From Pirellulales bacterium (GTDB taxonomy: Bacteria > Planctomycetota > Planctomycetia > Pirellulales > PLA5): a stretch of DNA of 64,000 nucleotides. Made by a program: the position numbers and the translations under genes. The notes below the pieces were generated by a model. That model was not told where the DNA came from and made no database searches. It worked only from the letters and a program-made list of their open reading frames with translations. Of this stretch, positions 46,130 through 55,906 are shown one piece after another. The DNA is taken from positions 18,686 through 82,685 of the forward strand of contig JBBDYI010000290.1 of assembly GCA_040901705.1 (NCBI GenBank), in the 5' to 3' direction. Position 1 is the stretch's first letter. The number at the start of each line of letters is the position of its first letter.

Positions 46130-47347
46130 TCATTCGTCGCTGACGCCAAGCTCGACGCGAATCTTCGCCGGGCGATTGTCTCGTTGCACGGTGACTTCGA
46201 CGGGGTCGCCCGGCTTGTGGCTTTCGATGAGCGACATGAACTGCGACGCCGACTGGACCGGCTTACCGTCGACGGCCACGATCGTGTCGGCTTGCGAACG
46301 GTCGAGGCGTTGCCATTCTTCGATGAACGCGCCGCGCTGGCGGCGCTCGCGGACGATGCGATAGCCGCGGAGGCCCGCCGATGCCGCGGGGCCGTTGGGC
46401 GTGACGGCTACGACGACCAGTCCTTGATCGGATTCGAGCACACGGGCGATGCCGACGTCGGGACGAATGACGCGGCCATGTTCGATCAGTTGCGGCAGGA
46501 TCGTGGCGATCGTGCTGGAACCGATGGCGAATCCGACGCCGGAGCTTTGGCCGGTCTTGCTGGCGATGGCGGTGTTCATACCGATCACGCGGCCGCGGGT
46601 GTCGAGCAGCGGTCCGCCGGAATTGCCGGGATTGATCGAGGCGTCGATCTGGATGATCGACTTGATGGTGCGGCGGTTGCGCGAGGGCAGGGAGCGGTTG
46701 AGACTGGCGATGATGCCGGCGGTGAGCGTGCGCTCGAGGCCGAACGGGTTGCCGATGGCGAACACGCGCTGGCCGACGCGAAGCTGCGACGAGTCGCCAA
46801 ACGTGACGGGGAACAAGACGTCCTCAGGCGCGTCGATGCGGATCAGGGCCATGTCGGTCGAAGCGTCGCGGCCGACGACTTCGGCGGTGTAGGCCTTGCC
46901 GTCGAACAGCGTGACGCGGATTTCGTCGGCCCCTTCGACGACGTGGTAGTTGGTCAGGACGTGGCCCTGGCGGTCGATGACGAATCCGGAACCAGCGCCT
47001 TCGGTCGGCGGGACTTCCAGTAGGAAGAACGGATCGTCATGCTGGGCACGGGTGGTGATGTTCGCCACGCTGTGGTTGGTCCGCTCGTAGACGTCGATGT
47101 TGACGCGCTCGTCGGGCATGAGCTCGTCGAGTCGGTTGCCGGGAACGAAGCCAGGGACCGTCGCCGCAGCGCCCGGAGACGCAGCGGGATCGTCCGCACG
47201 GTCCGCGGGACGGCGAACGTCGAACTTCGCGGCGGGCGGTGGCTGTTGGGCGAGGGATTGCCTTTCGCCAGGACCATTTTCGATCAACACGGCGGCGGCC
47301 GCGCCGACCGCCAGGCACGTTGCACAAAGAATGAGGTTTCGCAGCAT
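46130..47347 (-). CDS. HtrA/DegP-type periplasmic serine protease with PDZ domain
   Basis: 405 aa, with a signal/anchor segment. Catalytic blocks TNYHVV, DMALIRI and NPGNSGGPLLD. C-terminal PDZ-like region. Confidence 0.9.
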   Translation of the reverse strand: MLRNLILCATCLAVGAAAAVLIENGPGERQSLAQQPPPAAKFDVRRPADRADDPAASPGAAATVPGFVPGNRLDELMPDERVNIDVYERTNHSVANITTRAQHDDPFFLLEVPPTEGAGSGFVIDRQGHVLTNYHVVEGADEIRVTLFDGKAYTAEVVGRDASTDMALIRIDAPEDVLFPVTFGDSSQLRVGQRVFAIGNPFGLERTLTAGIIASLNRSLPSRNRRTIKSIIQIDASINPGNSGGPLLDTRGRVIGMNTAIASKTGQSSGVGFAIGSSTIATILPQLIEHGRVIRPDVGIARVLESDQGLVVVAVTPNGPAASAGLRGYRIVRERRQRGAFIEEWQRLDRSQADTIVAVDGKPVQSASQFMSLIESHKPGDPVEVTVQRDNRPAKIRVELGVSDE

Positions 47348-47462
47348 GGCGTCACCTTTTGGGGGTTCGGGAATTCAGTACAGTGGCTCGACACTGCAAG
47401 TTTAACTATCTTACGAAGTTGGGCGAAGGCGAGTTCGCGTCGCCGATCCGCACGACTCGAAC

Positions 47463-48914
47463 ATGGTGAGCGCGATGACGAGACTCAATGCGACCCACAC
47501 GAGCGAATTTGGCGTCGATCGGCGCACCTTTTTGCGGCGAGCAGCCGGCGGCGCGGCGGCCTGGGGCGTCGGTGGGGCGGCGCTCGATTGGCTGCGGCCC
47601 GGCACCGCGATGGCCCAAGAGCCGGGCGAGCGGCCGCAGCGGCCCGACGGCGTAACGGTTCTCAATCCGCGCGGCCGCGTGCCGCTGAGCTTCATCATCG
47701 ACGACTCGACCTGTTTGGTGAATCTCAACCGTTTCGCGATGCCGCAGTTCGCGGTGGCGACGGGCAATCGCCGCGTTTACAACGACGCGTGGCGAAAGTG
47801 GCCGGCGGAGATACCGGACGACTTCGTCCGCAAGTTCGGCAACTGGTGCGGCGAACACGGCGTGAAGGGGAAGTACAGCATCGTGCCGTATCCGGCGTGC
47901 GTGGGGCGGCTCGATCGGGTGTTGCCGGGCTGGACCGACGCGGAAGTGAAGGCCAGCATCGAACTGGTCCGCACGCTGATGATGCCGAATTGGGACATTC
48001 ACCCGGAGATGATCACGCACACGTGGGCGATCGACACCAAGACGGGCCATCCGTATCCGGAGAAGTCGATGGACTTCGCGGAGAATTGGGGATGGTCGGC
48101 CGGCAAGTCGGCGGACGAGCTTACGGACTACCTTTCCTACGCGCTTACCATTCTCAAGAACGTCGGCCTGACGTGCGAGGGCGTCACGACGCCGGGTGGA
48201 TTCGGCAACCGTTCGCTCGAAGCGCTGTCGAAGGCCACGCTAGCTTCGTGCCGCGACGTGTTCAAGACGGAGATTCCGCATTACTTCCGGCACTTGTACG
48301 ACGAGGGCGAGCGGAGCGTCGCGCCGCGCGTCGAGTACGCCGAAGGTTTGGACGGCGACGATCCGCGGTGCGCAGTGTCGATCATCGGCTGCACCGGCGA
48401 TTGGACCGGCGGCTGGGATTGTTCCGACCGGGGCGACCTCGACCGCTTCATCACGCCGGACCTCAAGAGCGGCCGGTTGGTCGACGTGATCGAGCGGGGC
48501 GAGCCGGCGTGCCTGGTGTGTCACTGGACGGGCATCTACTTCAACGGCGAGGAAGTCGGCTTCAAGATTTTCCAAGAGGTCGTTCGCCGGTTGCACGAGC
48601 GGTACGATCACCTGTCGTGGATGAAGCTCAGCGAGATCGCCCGCTATTGGGCGGCCAAGGAATTGACGGCGATTACCCAGCCCAGGGCCGAAAACGCGCT
48701 CGATCTGAAAGCCCCGTTTGCATGCCCGGCGTTCACGGTGAAGCTTGCCGCGAACGCGGATGCCCGCCCGGCAGTCGGCAACGGCGACAAGACGTTGTCG
48801 CTTAAGGAAGTCGATAAGCCGCTCGCGCTCGAGCCCGGCACGTTCGTTCGCCAGCGCGACGGCATCGTCTGTTGTTTCGACCTGACGAAAGGTGCATCGA
48901 AACTAAGTTGGTAG
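47463..48914 (+). CDS. Tat-signal secreted protein of unknown function
   Basis: 483 aa. Twin-arginine motif DRRTFLRRAAGGAAAWGVGGAAL. The remainder has no motif I can name; a possible carbohydrate-esterase-like fold is speculation only. Confidence 0.55.
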   Translation: MVSAMTRLNATHTSEFGVDRRTFLRRAAGGAAAWGVGGAALDWLRPGTAMAQEPGERPQRPDGVTVLNPRGRVPLSFIIDDSTCLVNLNRFAMPQFAVATGNRRVYNDAWRKWPAEIPDDFVRKFGNWCGEHGVKGKYSIVPYPACVGRLDRVLPGWTDAEVKASIELVRTLMMPNWDIHPEMITHTWAIDTKTGHPYPEKSMDFAENWGWSAGKSADELTDYLSYALTILKNVGLTCEGVTTPGGFGNRSLEALSKATLASCRDVFKTEIPHYFRHLYDEGERSVAPRVEYAEGLDGDDPRCAVSIIGCTGDWTGGWDCSDRGDLDRFITPDLKSGRLVDVIERGEPACLVCHWTGIYFNGEEVGFKIFQEVVRRLHERYDHLSWMKLSEIARYWAAKELTAITQPRAENALDLKAPFACPAFTVKLAANADARPAVGNGDKTLSLKEVDKPLALEPGTFVRQRDGIVCCFDLTKGASKLSW

Positions 48915-49052
48915 CATCTGCGAGCAAGCGGCAACGCGGTTTCGAGTCTCAGTGTGCCGCGGCGATGACGCAGCTCGCCGACGCCGAGGAAGCAGCGCTC
49001 AACGATACGTGCCAACGCCTGTACGTCCCTCGTACTGCGTCGATGCACCTCG

Positions 49053-49412
49053 CTATTTGCGGCGGCCAGCAGCCGCGTAGAGACTCTCCGGGCGGCGCGG
49101 CAAATTCGGTCCAAACGCCGCCAGCCCGAACAACGAGAACGCGACGAAGGCACCTGCGACCGTCAGCGGATGCATTCGCGATATTACGTAGGGCTGTCCG
49201 TAGTTCGGTCGCGCCGGCACGGCCAGCGGCGCGATCGGTCGGGCGGCGGTAACTTCTGTGATGATGGACGGCGGCGATTCTAGTCCATCGCGACTGGCGC
49301 CGCCGACGGTGAGGGCGCACCCCAACAGACTTCCCAACAGTAGCGCTGCGGCGGCGCGTAGGTTTGCGTTTTCCACATCGACGGGAAAACGCAAGCGTCG
49401 GACCGCTGGCAC
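49053..49412 (-). CDS. Possible small lipoprotein with C-terminal TM segment (weak call)
   Basis: Lipobox-like LLLGSLLGC after a basic n-region. Hydrophobic AGAFVAFSLFGLAAF near the C-terminus. No clear RBS. It lies in an otherwise coding-poor stretch of about 0.9 kb. Confidence 0.3.
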   Translation of the reverse strand: MPAVRRLRFPVDVENANLRAAAALLLGSLLGCALTVGGASRDGLESPPSIITEVTAARPIAPLAVPARPNYGQPYVISRMHPLTVAGAFVAFSLFGLAAFGPNLPRRPESLYAAAGRRK

Positions 49413-49858
49413 GCCGCCGCGCCGCCGTCGGCAAATTCAATGCGGTCGTGTTGATCGTAACGTCTATGTCGGGGCGAACGGCGCGTTCTGCGTCAGATCG
49501 CCCTACCGAGCCGGTTTCGCGTTGTTGCGCTTGCGCATCACGGTCGCCACAGAATCGTTGCACTTTGGCAACGCCGAGCCGACTCTTCGCGCCGCCGCTC
49601 ATGCCCGCGAGAAGTCCTACGACCGGACCTGCTGCCGTTCCAGACGGCTCAGCGAAGCCTCGCAATCGCCGCCACCGATTCTTCGCCGAACATCGCCCCG
49701 CCTTTGGCAGATTGCGAGCGCGTTAATGTTTGCCGCGCCGCAATGCGTGACGTAGGTTTGAATGTGAAGGATCGAGGGCACTGCCACCCGTCCGCGAATC
49801 CATCCATCGTACAGACTACTCATTCCACTCGCGTCTCACCTCGGGGGGCGACCGCGCC

Positions 49859-50794
49859 ATGACGAACGTTGAAACCACCCGCACCGTCAACTTGCAAAAA
49901 CTCCTGGCCGGCGCGCAACTGCCCGCGTTGCCGCAAAGCGCTATCCGGCTGCTCGAACTTTCGCAGAACCCGGACAACGGCCCGGCCGAGTTCGCCGTGC
50001 CGATCGAAGTCGATCCGGGCCTGACCGGCCAGGTTCTCAAGTTCGTCAACTCGTCTTATTTCGGCTTCGCCCGCGAGATCGACAACGTCAAGCAGGCGAT
50101 CGCGCTGGTCGGCATCCGCACGATCAAGAACTTCGCGCTGTGGAGCGCGGTGTTCAGCCTGATGCCGAATCCCAAGTGTGGGCCGTTCGATCTGAAGTCG
50201 CTGTGGCAAGATTCGGTGCGCCGCGGTCTTTTCTCGCGGGCCTTGGGTAAAGCGATGGGGATGCGCGAGGCCGAAGATTTATTTGCCGGCGCGCTGCTGC
50301 AAGACATGGCCGTGCCCCTGTTGGCGAAAGAACTGGCTGGCGATTACCTGAAGCTGCTCGAAGAGCGCAACGAAACCAAGACGCGGCTCTCGCAACTCGA
50401 GCGCGACCGCTTCGGCTGGACCCACGGTGAAGCGGCGGCCCAACTTTGCCGCACGTGGAATCTGCCGGATGCGTTCGTCAATCTGATCGAACACCACAGC
50501 GACCTCGACTCGCTCAACGAGAACGGAGGCACGCCGTCGCAAAAGGCGGTGGCCGTATCGGCGTTTCTGCCGGCGGCGGCCGATGGCGAATGGCACGAGT
50601 TTGCCCAGTTCGAGGCGGCCTACGCCCAACTCGTCGATCCGGCCAAGACGCCGGTCACCAAGCTGCTCGAAGAAACCGACGCACAGTTTACGGAGTTTGC
50701 GCCGGTGCTGAAGCTGGCCGTTCCTACGCGGTCGCTCGTCGATTTGATTCAAGAGGCAACGACCCAAGTGGCCTCGGCCGCGCCCACAGCGTAA
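49859..50794 (+). CDS. HDOD domain signalling protein
   Basis: 311 aa. LPALPQSAIRLLELSQNPDNGPAEFAVPIEVDPGLTGQVLKFVNSSYFGFAREIDNVKQAIALVGIRTIKN is a textbook HDOD N-terminal block. Confidence 0.87.
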   Translation: MTNVETTRTVNLQKLLAGAQLPALPQSAIRLLELSQNPDNGPAEFAVPIEVDPGLTGQVLKFVNSSYFGFAREIDNVKQAIALVGIRTIKNFALWSAVFSLMPNPKCGPFDLKSLWQDSVRRGLFSRALGKAMGMREAEDLFAGALLQDMAVPLLAKELAGDYLKLLEERNETKTRLSQLERDRFGWTHGEAAAQLCRTWNLPDAFVNLIEHHSDLDSLNENGGTPSQKAVAVSAFLPAAADGEWHEFAQFEAAYAQLVDPAKTPVTKLLEETDAQFTEFAPVLKLAVPTRSLVDLIQEATTQVASAAPTA

Positions 50795-50842
50795 TCGCCC
50801 GCGCGGCCAAACGGGCCGCGCTATTCGGAGCAATGATGCGAA

Positions 50843-50880
50843 CGAAGCCGGCCCGATTGGGGGTCGGCTTCGTTTTTTTT
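50843..50880 (+). terminator. Rho-independent terminator after the HDOD gene
   Basis: Stem cgaagccg (50843-50850) / cggcttcg (50865-50872), followed by T8. Confidence 0.8.
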
Positions 50881-51194
50881 GTTGGGTTGTGGAGTTGTCG
50901 GATGGAGTTCTTGGATGCGGAGGCCACTCCGCGGAGGTAGATGGGCAGGATCTGCCGCAGTAGAGTTTGCGCTTGCGGTGTTTCTGGATATTTTTGGACC
51001 TTTGATTTTACAATTCGTCGCATCCTCGAGCGCCGTGCCCTTGTCCGCTGGGCCTCGTTTGCGACAATGCATTTGGGAACGGGAAATCGGTTGTGTACAA
51101 TGCAAGAGTGCGGCCCACGGCGCGTATCGATCGCGCGATAACGAAGGGCCGCCGCCAAGCGACAACGACGCTTTTTGCGTCGAGCCTGAACGCC

Positions 51195-51767
51195 ATGGCC
51201 CATACCGATCGAATCCGACGCCAGCAGATCCGGCAGCTCGTCCGCGAAGCCGAGGGCTACCTGGATTTGATCTCCGCGTTGGCGGATCGATGGCCGTTGA
51301 GGTCCGAAGTTCGCGACTGCGTGGCCGAGAGGGCGCTCGCCACCTTGGCTCGCTTGCCGGAGTCGATGGCCGACCGCGCTACGGTGCTGCTGCTCCGCGG
51401 TCAGGCATTTCGCGCGATGGAACGCTACGCCGACGCGGTTTCCGAACTCGAAGAAGCGGCGGTTCTCGATAAAGACAACCTTTCGACCCATCTGGCGCTC
51501 GGTTGGTGCTACAAGCGCCTCGGTCGCGTCGACCTGGCCATCGAATCGCTGCAAAACGGTCAGTCGGTCGAGCCGGACGAGGCGATCGTCTATTACAATC
51601 TCGCCTGCTACTGGTCGCTCGCCAAGAACAAAGAGCAGGCGCTCGACAATCTCTCGCGGGCGCTGGCGATCGATGCGAATTATCGCGATCTGATCGACGG
51701 CGAAAGCGATTTCGACAACCTCCGCGGCGACCCGGAGTTTCAAGCGCTGACCGCCGTGATCGTCTAG
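51195..51767 (+). CDS. TPR-repeat protein
   Basis: Start chosen at 51195 (MAHTDRIRRQQ...). TPR-like units LLRGQAFRAMERYADAVSELEEA, LALGWCYKRLGRVDLAIESLQ and YYNLACYWSLAKNKEQALDNLSRAL. Confidence 0.7.
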   Translation: MAHTDRIRRQQIRQLVREAEGYLDLISALADRWPLRSEVRDCVAERALATLARLPESMADRATVLLLRGQAFRAMERYADAVSELEEAAVLDKDNLSTHLALGWCYKRLGRVDLAIESLQNGQSVEPDEAIVYYNLACYWSLAKNKEQALDNLSRALAIDANYRDLIDGESDFDNLRGDPEFQALTAVIV

Positions 51768-52240
51768 GCGAGGGCGAACTTTTGGGCGGGGCGGTCTGCG
51801 TCCCACGATCTGGCGGTCGTTGCGGTCCCGACGCGGCGAATTGGCGCTCGACGACCCAAAGTCGGCAACGAGTTCGTCAATACCGGTACTTTCCGCAGCG
51901 TCCCGCGCATGGCGCTTGAAGCTGTGAGTGCTGTGAGCGATCTGCTTCGTGGCGAAACCTATCCCTGTCTGCGGGTCGCGCCCTGACGCGCCGTTCGCGC
52001 GGGCGGCGGTCGAAAAAAAACATCGCGGCAGGCCCGATTGCAGAAATGCCGAGTCTGGCCGCTGCCGATGTTTGTAGGTGTCGCGTGAGAACGGATTCGC
52101 CGATGCGGAAATGGATTTCCCGCTCGTGGCATCCCCGGTCGTCGGCTTCGCGGCCGATTCGACGCATCGCATATCGTCCCCGCGGGCGGTGTGGCGAAGC
52201 ACGGATGATGTGTCCTTTGCCCGAACAGGAGGTCCAGTCG

Positions 52241-53581
52241 ATGAAATTGTCATGGATTCACGCATTGGCGACGACACTTGGCGCGGTGGCGCTGGTGTCG
52301 GTCGCGTCGGCCCAGCAAGCGACGGTTTATTCGCCGTCGCTCGTGCCGGTGCCGAAAACGGGGCCGCAGTTGACCGGCTACCCGTCGTATCCGTCCACCG
52401 GCGCTCGCGTGTGGTCGAGCTATCCGAATGAAGCGACGGCGATCGAGAATACGTCGGACTCGAATGCGGCTTCGTCGAGCGTCATGTCGACCAATGGCGG
52501 TCAAGCCGGCGATTGTGGCTGCGACGACGGCTGCGGCGGCAGTTGGTTCAGCAAGTTCCGCAGTCGTTGCGGCAACGGCTGCGGTTGGTACGCCGGCGTC
52601 GGCGGCATCGTCATGTCGCGCGATCGCGGCAACGGCATCATCACCACCAACGACGGCACGCCGTTCGTCCCGGTGATCAATTCGCGCGATGTGATGCGCG
52701 ATTGGCAGGGCGGCTGGGAAGTCACTCTCGGCAAGTTCATCAACCCGAACACCGCCGTGGAAGTGAACTACTGGCACACCGGCTTGTTCCACGAGAGCGA
52801 CACGCAGATCGCCACGGCGCAAGGTTCCGGCAATCTCGACACCCCGCTCAACTTTGGAACGCTCAACGACGGCGTGAATAACGTTCAAGACTTGTACGCC
52901 ACGGCCGCCGGCGCCCACATGGTCGGCCGGGCGAACGAGTTCATGAACCTCGAGATCAACCTGATCCGCCATAGCTGCTGCTGCGATCGGCCGATGACGG
53001 GCTCTTGCGGCAGCGATTGTGGAAGTTCGTGCGGCGACTGCGGAAGCTGCTGTCGTCCGATGTGCTTCAGTTGGTTCGCCGGCGTCCGCTTGTTCCGCTT
53101 CTACGAGAACATGCTGTTCGCCACCAGCGACGACAACACCGACTTCGTGTTCGATGCCAACGAAGCGTACTACGACGTGCGCGTTCACAATAACCTGATC
53201 GGCGGCCAGATCGGCGGTCGCGTCGATTACTACATGCTTGGCGGCAAGGTCGGGCTGTGGTTCGCGCCGCGGTTGGGCATCTACGGCAACCACATTTCGC
53301 ACGAGTCCTTTCTGCGGACCGGCAACGGCGAACTGTTCGACATCCACTCGTACAAGAACGACGTGGCGTTCATGGGCCAGCTCGACGTCGGCGGAGACTA
53401 CTACATCACCGACAACCTCAAGTTGTACGGCGGCTATCGCCTGGTCGGTGTCGCGGGTGTTGCTCTGAGCGACGAGCAGATTCCGCAGAATATTCAAGAC
53501 TCGGCGGCCATCGCCGACGTCGATTCCAACGGCAGTCTGTTGTTGCACGGAGCGTTCATGGGCCTCGAATACCGCTTCTAA
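52241..53581 (+). CDS. BBP7-type outer-membrane beta-barrel protein (planctomycete family) with Cys-rich clusters
   Basis: Start at 52241 after AGGAGG. Signal peptide MKLSWIHALATTLGAVALVSVASAQQ. Cys clusters GDCGCDDGCGG and SCCCDRPMTGSCGSDCGSSCGDCGSCC. Alternating beta pattern and C-terminal ...GLEYRF. Confidence 0.75.
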   Translation: MKLSWIHALATTLGAVALVSVASAQQATVYSPSLVPVPKTGPQLTGYPSYPSTGARVWSSYPNEATAIENTSDSNAASSSVMSTNGGQAGDCGCDDGCGGSWFSKFRSRCGNGCGWYAGVGGIVMSRDRGNGIITTNDGTPFVPVINSRDVMRDWQGGWEVTLGKFINPNTAVEVNYWHTGLFHESDTQIATAQGSGNLDTPLNFGTLNDGVNNVQDLYATAAGAHMVGRANEFMNLEINLIRHSCCCDRPMTGSCGSDCGSSCGDCGSCCRPMCFSWFAGVRLFRFYENMLFATSDDNTDFVFDANEAYYDVRVHNNLIGGQIGGRVDYYMLGGKVGLWFAPRLGIYGNHISHESFLRTGNGELFDIHSYKNDVAFMGQLDVGGDYYITDNLKLYGGYRLVGVAGVALSDEQIPQNIQDSAAIADVDSNGSLLLHGAFMGLEYRF

Positions 53582-53674
53582 CTTCGCATGGGGAGAAACA
53601 TAGACGGGAGAGAGTGTCCGCAGAACTGTCACACTTGATTCGGCATCTACCGAACCGACATCCTGATTTCGATT

Positions 53675-53719
53675 GCGAACCGCCGCGGACGCGCAAGCCC
53701 CGCGGCGGTTCGCTTTTTT
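53675..53719 (+). terminator. Rho-independent terminator after the barrel gene
   Basis: 14-bp perfect stem gcgaaccgccgcgg / ccgcggcggttcgc, 11-nt loop, then T6. Confidence 0.85.
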
Positions 53720-53955
53720 GAGCGAATCGACTCAAATCTCAATGCGCCGGACGCGTCAATCACGTGGTCGCCATCGCATCCAAACCTTTCGACGGGACAG
53801 GATTCACGCCGTGCAGTAGTATGTAAAATCGCCGAGGCAGTATTCACGCGACGGCGATCGCAATGGCCATATCGCCAACTGCGAAACATCGACGATGCGT
53901 CATTGACGGCGAATCGTACCCAACATCGACACGAGGTCCGCCCGACGACACCGCG

Positions 53956-55593
53956 ATGGAAGCCAAATACCAACAACTGCTGACCTCGCTTCGCACGGCC
54001 TTCCCGCAGCCGGTGTCCGATCCGGTTCACGATAGCTACGTCGTGTTCTCGATCCTCCGCGCGCTCGATCAGGTCGACGCGATGAAGTCTCAGGCGCCGA
54101 TCCTCGGGCATCCGCAGTCGCCGGACTACGCGGCGGCAGCGGCCAGCCGGCTGGAGATGAACAGCCGTCCGCTGGAGGAAGTCGTCCGCGAGTTGGTCCG
54201 CTATCTCGAAGGCATGTTCATTTGGGGCCATCCGCGGAGCCAGCTCAACGTGATTCCGGTGCCCAGCGTGGCCAGCGTGATCGGCGTGTTGCTGCCGGCG
54301 CTGTTCAATCCGAACATGTGCAGCGACGAGAGCGCCCTGAAATTTTCCGAGGCCGAGGCCCGCGTGATCGCGATGGCGGCCGACCTCGTTGGCTACGATC
54401 CGGCCGAGGCGGGCGGCGTGTTCACGTTCGGCGGCACGGGGACGCTGCTCTACGGCGTGAAGATCGGCCTGGAAAAGGCTTGCCCCGGCGCACTGCAAAC
54501 CGGCCTGTGCGGCGACGCGGTCGTGCTGGCTTCGACGAGCGGTCATTATGCCAATTACACCGTCGCGGCGTGGCTCGGTCTGGGACAAGACCGCGTGATC
54601 TCCGTGCCGGCCGACGACGCCAACGCGATGGACCTCGCCGCGCTGGAAGCCAAGGCGCGCGAAGCGCTGGGCGCCGGCCGCAAGATCGCCGCCATCGTGG
54701 CCACGATGGGTTCGACCGACGCCTTTGGCATCGACGATCTCGCCGCGATCTGCGAACTCCGCGATCGGCTGGTCGACGACTTCGAACTGCCGTATCGCAT
54801 TCACGTTCATGCCGACGCCGTGATCGGATGGGCGTGGTCGGTTTTCAACGACTACGACTACGCCGCCAACGAACTGGAATTTCGCGGCCGCACGGTGCGG
54901 GCGCTTGCCGCCGCGCAACATCTGATTTGCCACTTGGGTCTGGCCGATTCGATCGGCATCGATTTTCATAAGACCGGCTACGTGCCCTATATTTCGTCGC
55001 TGGTGTTGTTTCGCCGCCGCGAGGATTTGAATCTGATCACCCGGCGGCGCGACACGATGCCGTATCTGTTCCAGTCGGGCGAGCATCACCCCGGCATGTT
55101 CACGCTGGAAACGAGCCGCAGCGCGACCGGCCCGATGTCGGCGCTGGCCAGCCTGCTGCTGCTGGGCCGCGAGGGCTTGCGCGTGTTGCTGGGGCACGCG
55201 GTGGAAATGTCGGAAGTCCTCCGCGAGATGATCGAGGCCCAGCCGCGGCTAAGCGTGATGAACCGCGACAACGTCGGACCGGTGACGCTGTTCCGCGTCT
55301 ATCCCAAGGACGTCGACACGTTCAAGGTCAAGCAGCGCGAGCAGCACGACAAGAGTTATCGCGATCGGCTGCTGGCCCACAACGAGTTGAATCGGCAAAT
55401 CTACGAGCGGGTCCACGCCGAAGCGCTGGCCGGGTCGGGCGTGGCGATTTCGCTGACCGATTGCTACCGCCGCACGGACTATGGCGATCCGATCAACGCG
55501 CTAAAGTCGTACGTGCTGTCGCCGTTTGCGGACGAAGGGCGGATGCAGTCGGTGTTGACGCACGTGCTGGCGGCGGCGGGAAGCGGCGGTTAG
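53956..55593 (+). CDS. PLP-dependent decarboxylase (group II / fold type I)
   Basis: Start chosen at 53956 (MEAKYQQLLTSL...). PLP-lysine block SIGIDFHKTGYVPY. Overall group II decarboxylase-like layout. Substrate unknown. Confidence 0.78.
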   Translation: MEAKYQQLLTSLRTAFPQPVSDPVHDSYVVFSILRALDQVDAMKSQAPILGHPQSPDYAAAAASRLEMNSRPLEEVVRELVRYLEGMFIWGHPRSQLNVIPVPSVASVIGVLLPALFNPNMCSDESALKFSEAEARVIAMAADLVGYDPAEAGGVFTFGGTGTLLYGVKIGLEKACPGALQTGLCGDAVVLASTSGHYANYTVAAWLGLGQDRVISVPADDANAMDLAALEAKAREALGAGRKIAAIVATMGSTDAFGIDDLAAICELRDRLVDDFELPYRIHVHADAVIGWAWSVFNDYDYAANELEFRGRTVRALAAAQHLICHLGLADSIGIDFHKTGYVPYISSLVLFRRREDLNLITRRRDTMPYLFQSGEHHPGMFTLETSRSATGPMSALASLLLLGREGLRVLLGHAVEMSEVLREMIEAQPRLSVMNRDNVGPVTLFRVYPKDVDTFKVKQREQHDKSYRDRLLAHNELNRQIYERVHAEALAGSGVAISLTDCYRRTDYGDPINALKSYVLSPFADEGRMQSVLTHVLAAAGSGG

Positions 55594-55657
55594 CTGCGAG
55601 CATTGCGACCGTCGAGGAGGCTGTCGGCGCCAACCCGCGCGAGCGCGGCATCATTCT

Positions 55658-55834
55658 TCATTGGTCGCGATATACGTAGACCAAACCGAGCGTGGTCGCT
55701 GCGATTGCTCCGCCGGCGATTCCCACGGAGATCCACTCGGTGCCTTGCACGCCGTGCCCGCTGTACGTCACGTAGCTGAAAATGGCGAACAGGGCCGCGC
55801 CGCCGGCGAAGATTAGCGTTTGGACGATGTTCAT
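55658..55834 (-). CDS. Small membrane protein (58 aa, two hydrophobic helices)
   Basis: Not in the track because it is under 60 aa. MNIVQTLIFAGGAALFAIFSYVTYSGHGVQGTEWISVGIAGGAIAATTLGLVYVYRDQ. Confidence 0.45.
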   Translation of the reverse strand: MNIVQTLIFAGGAALFAIFSYVTYSGHGVQGTEWISVGIAGGAIAATTLGLVYVYRDQ

Positions 55835-55835
55835 G

Positions 55836-55872
55836 GATCAGGGGTCGGGGATCAGGGGTCGGGGGACAGGGG
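55836..55872. repeat. Tandem GATCAGGGGTCGGG units (2 copies plus a partial copy)
   Basis: gatcaggggtcggg gatcaggggtcggg ggacagggg, lying immediately upstream of the small membrane ORF. The reverse complement resembles 25814-25837. Confidence 0.6.
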
Positions 55873-55906
55873 CCGCTGCGCGGCGGTTGACGCTTTCGTC
55901 CGTGGG

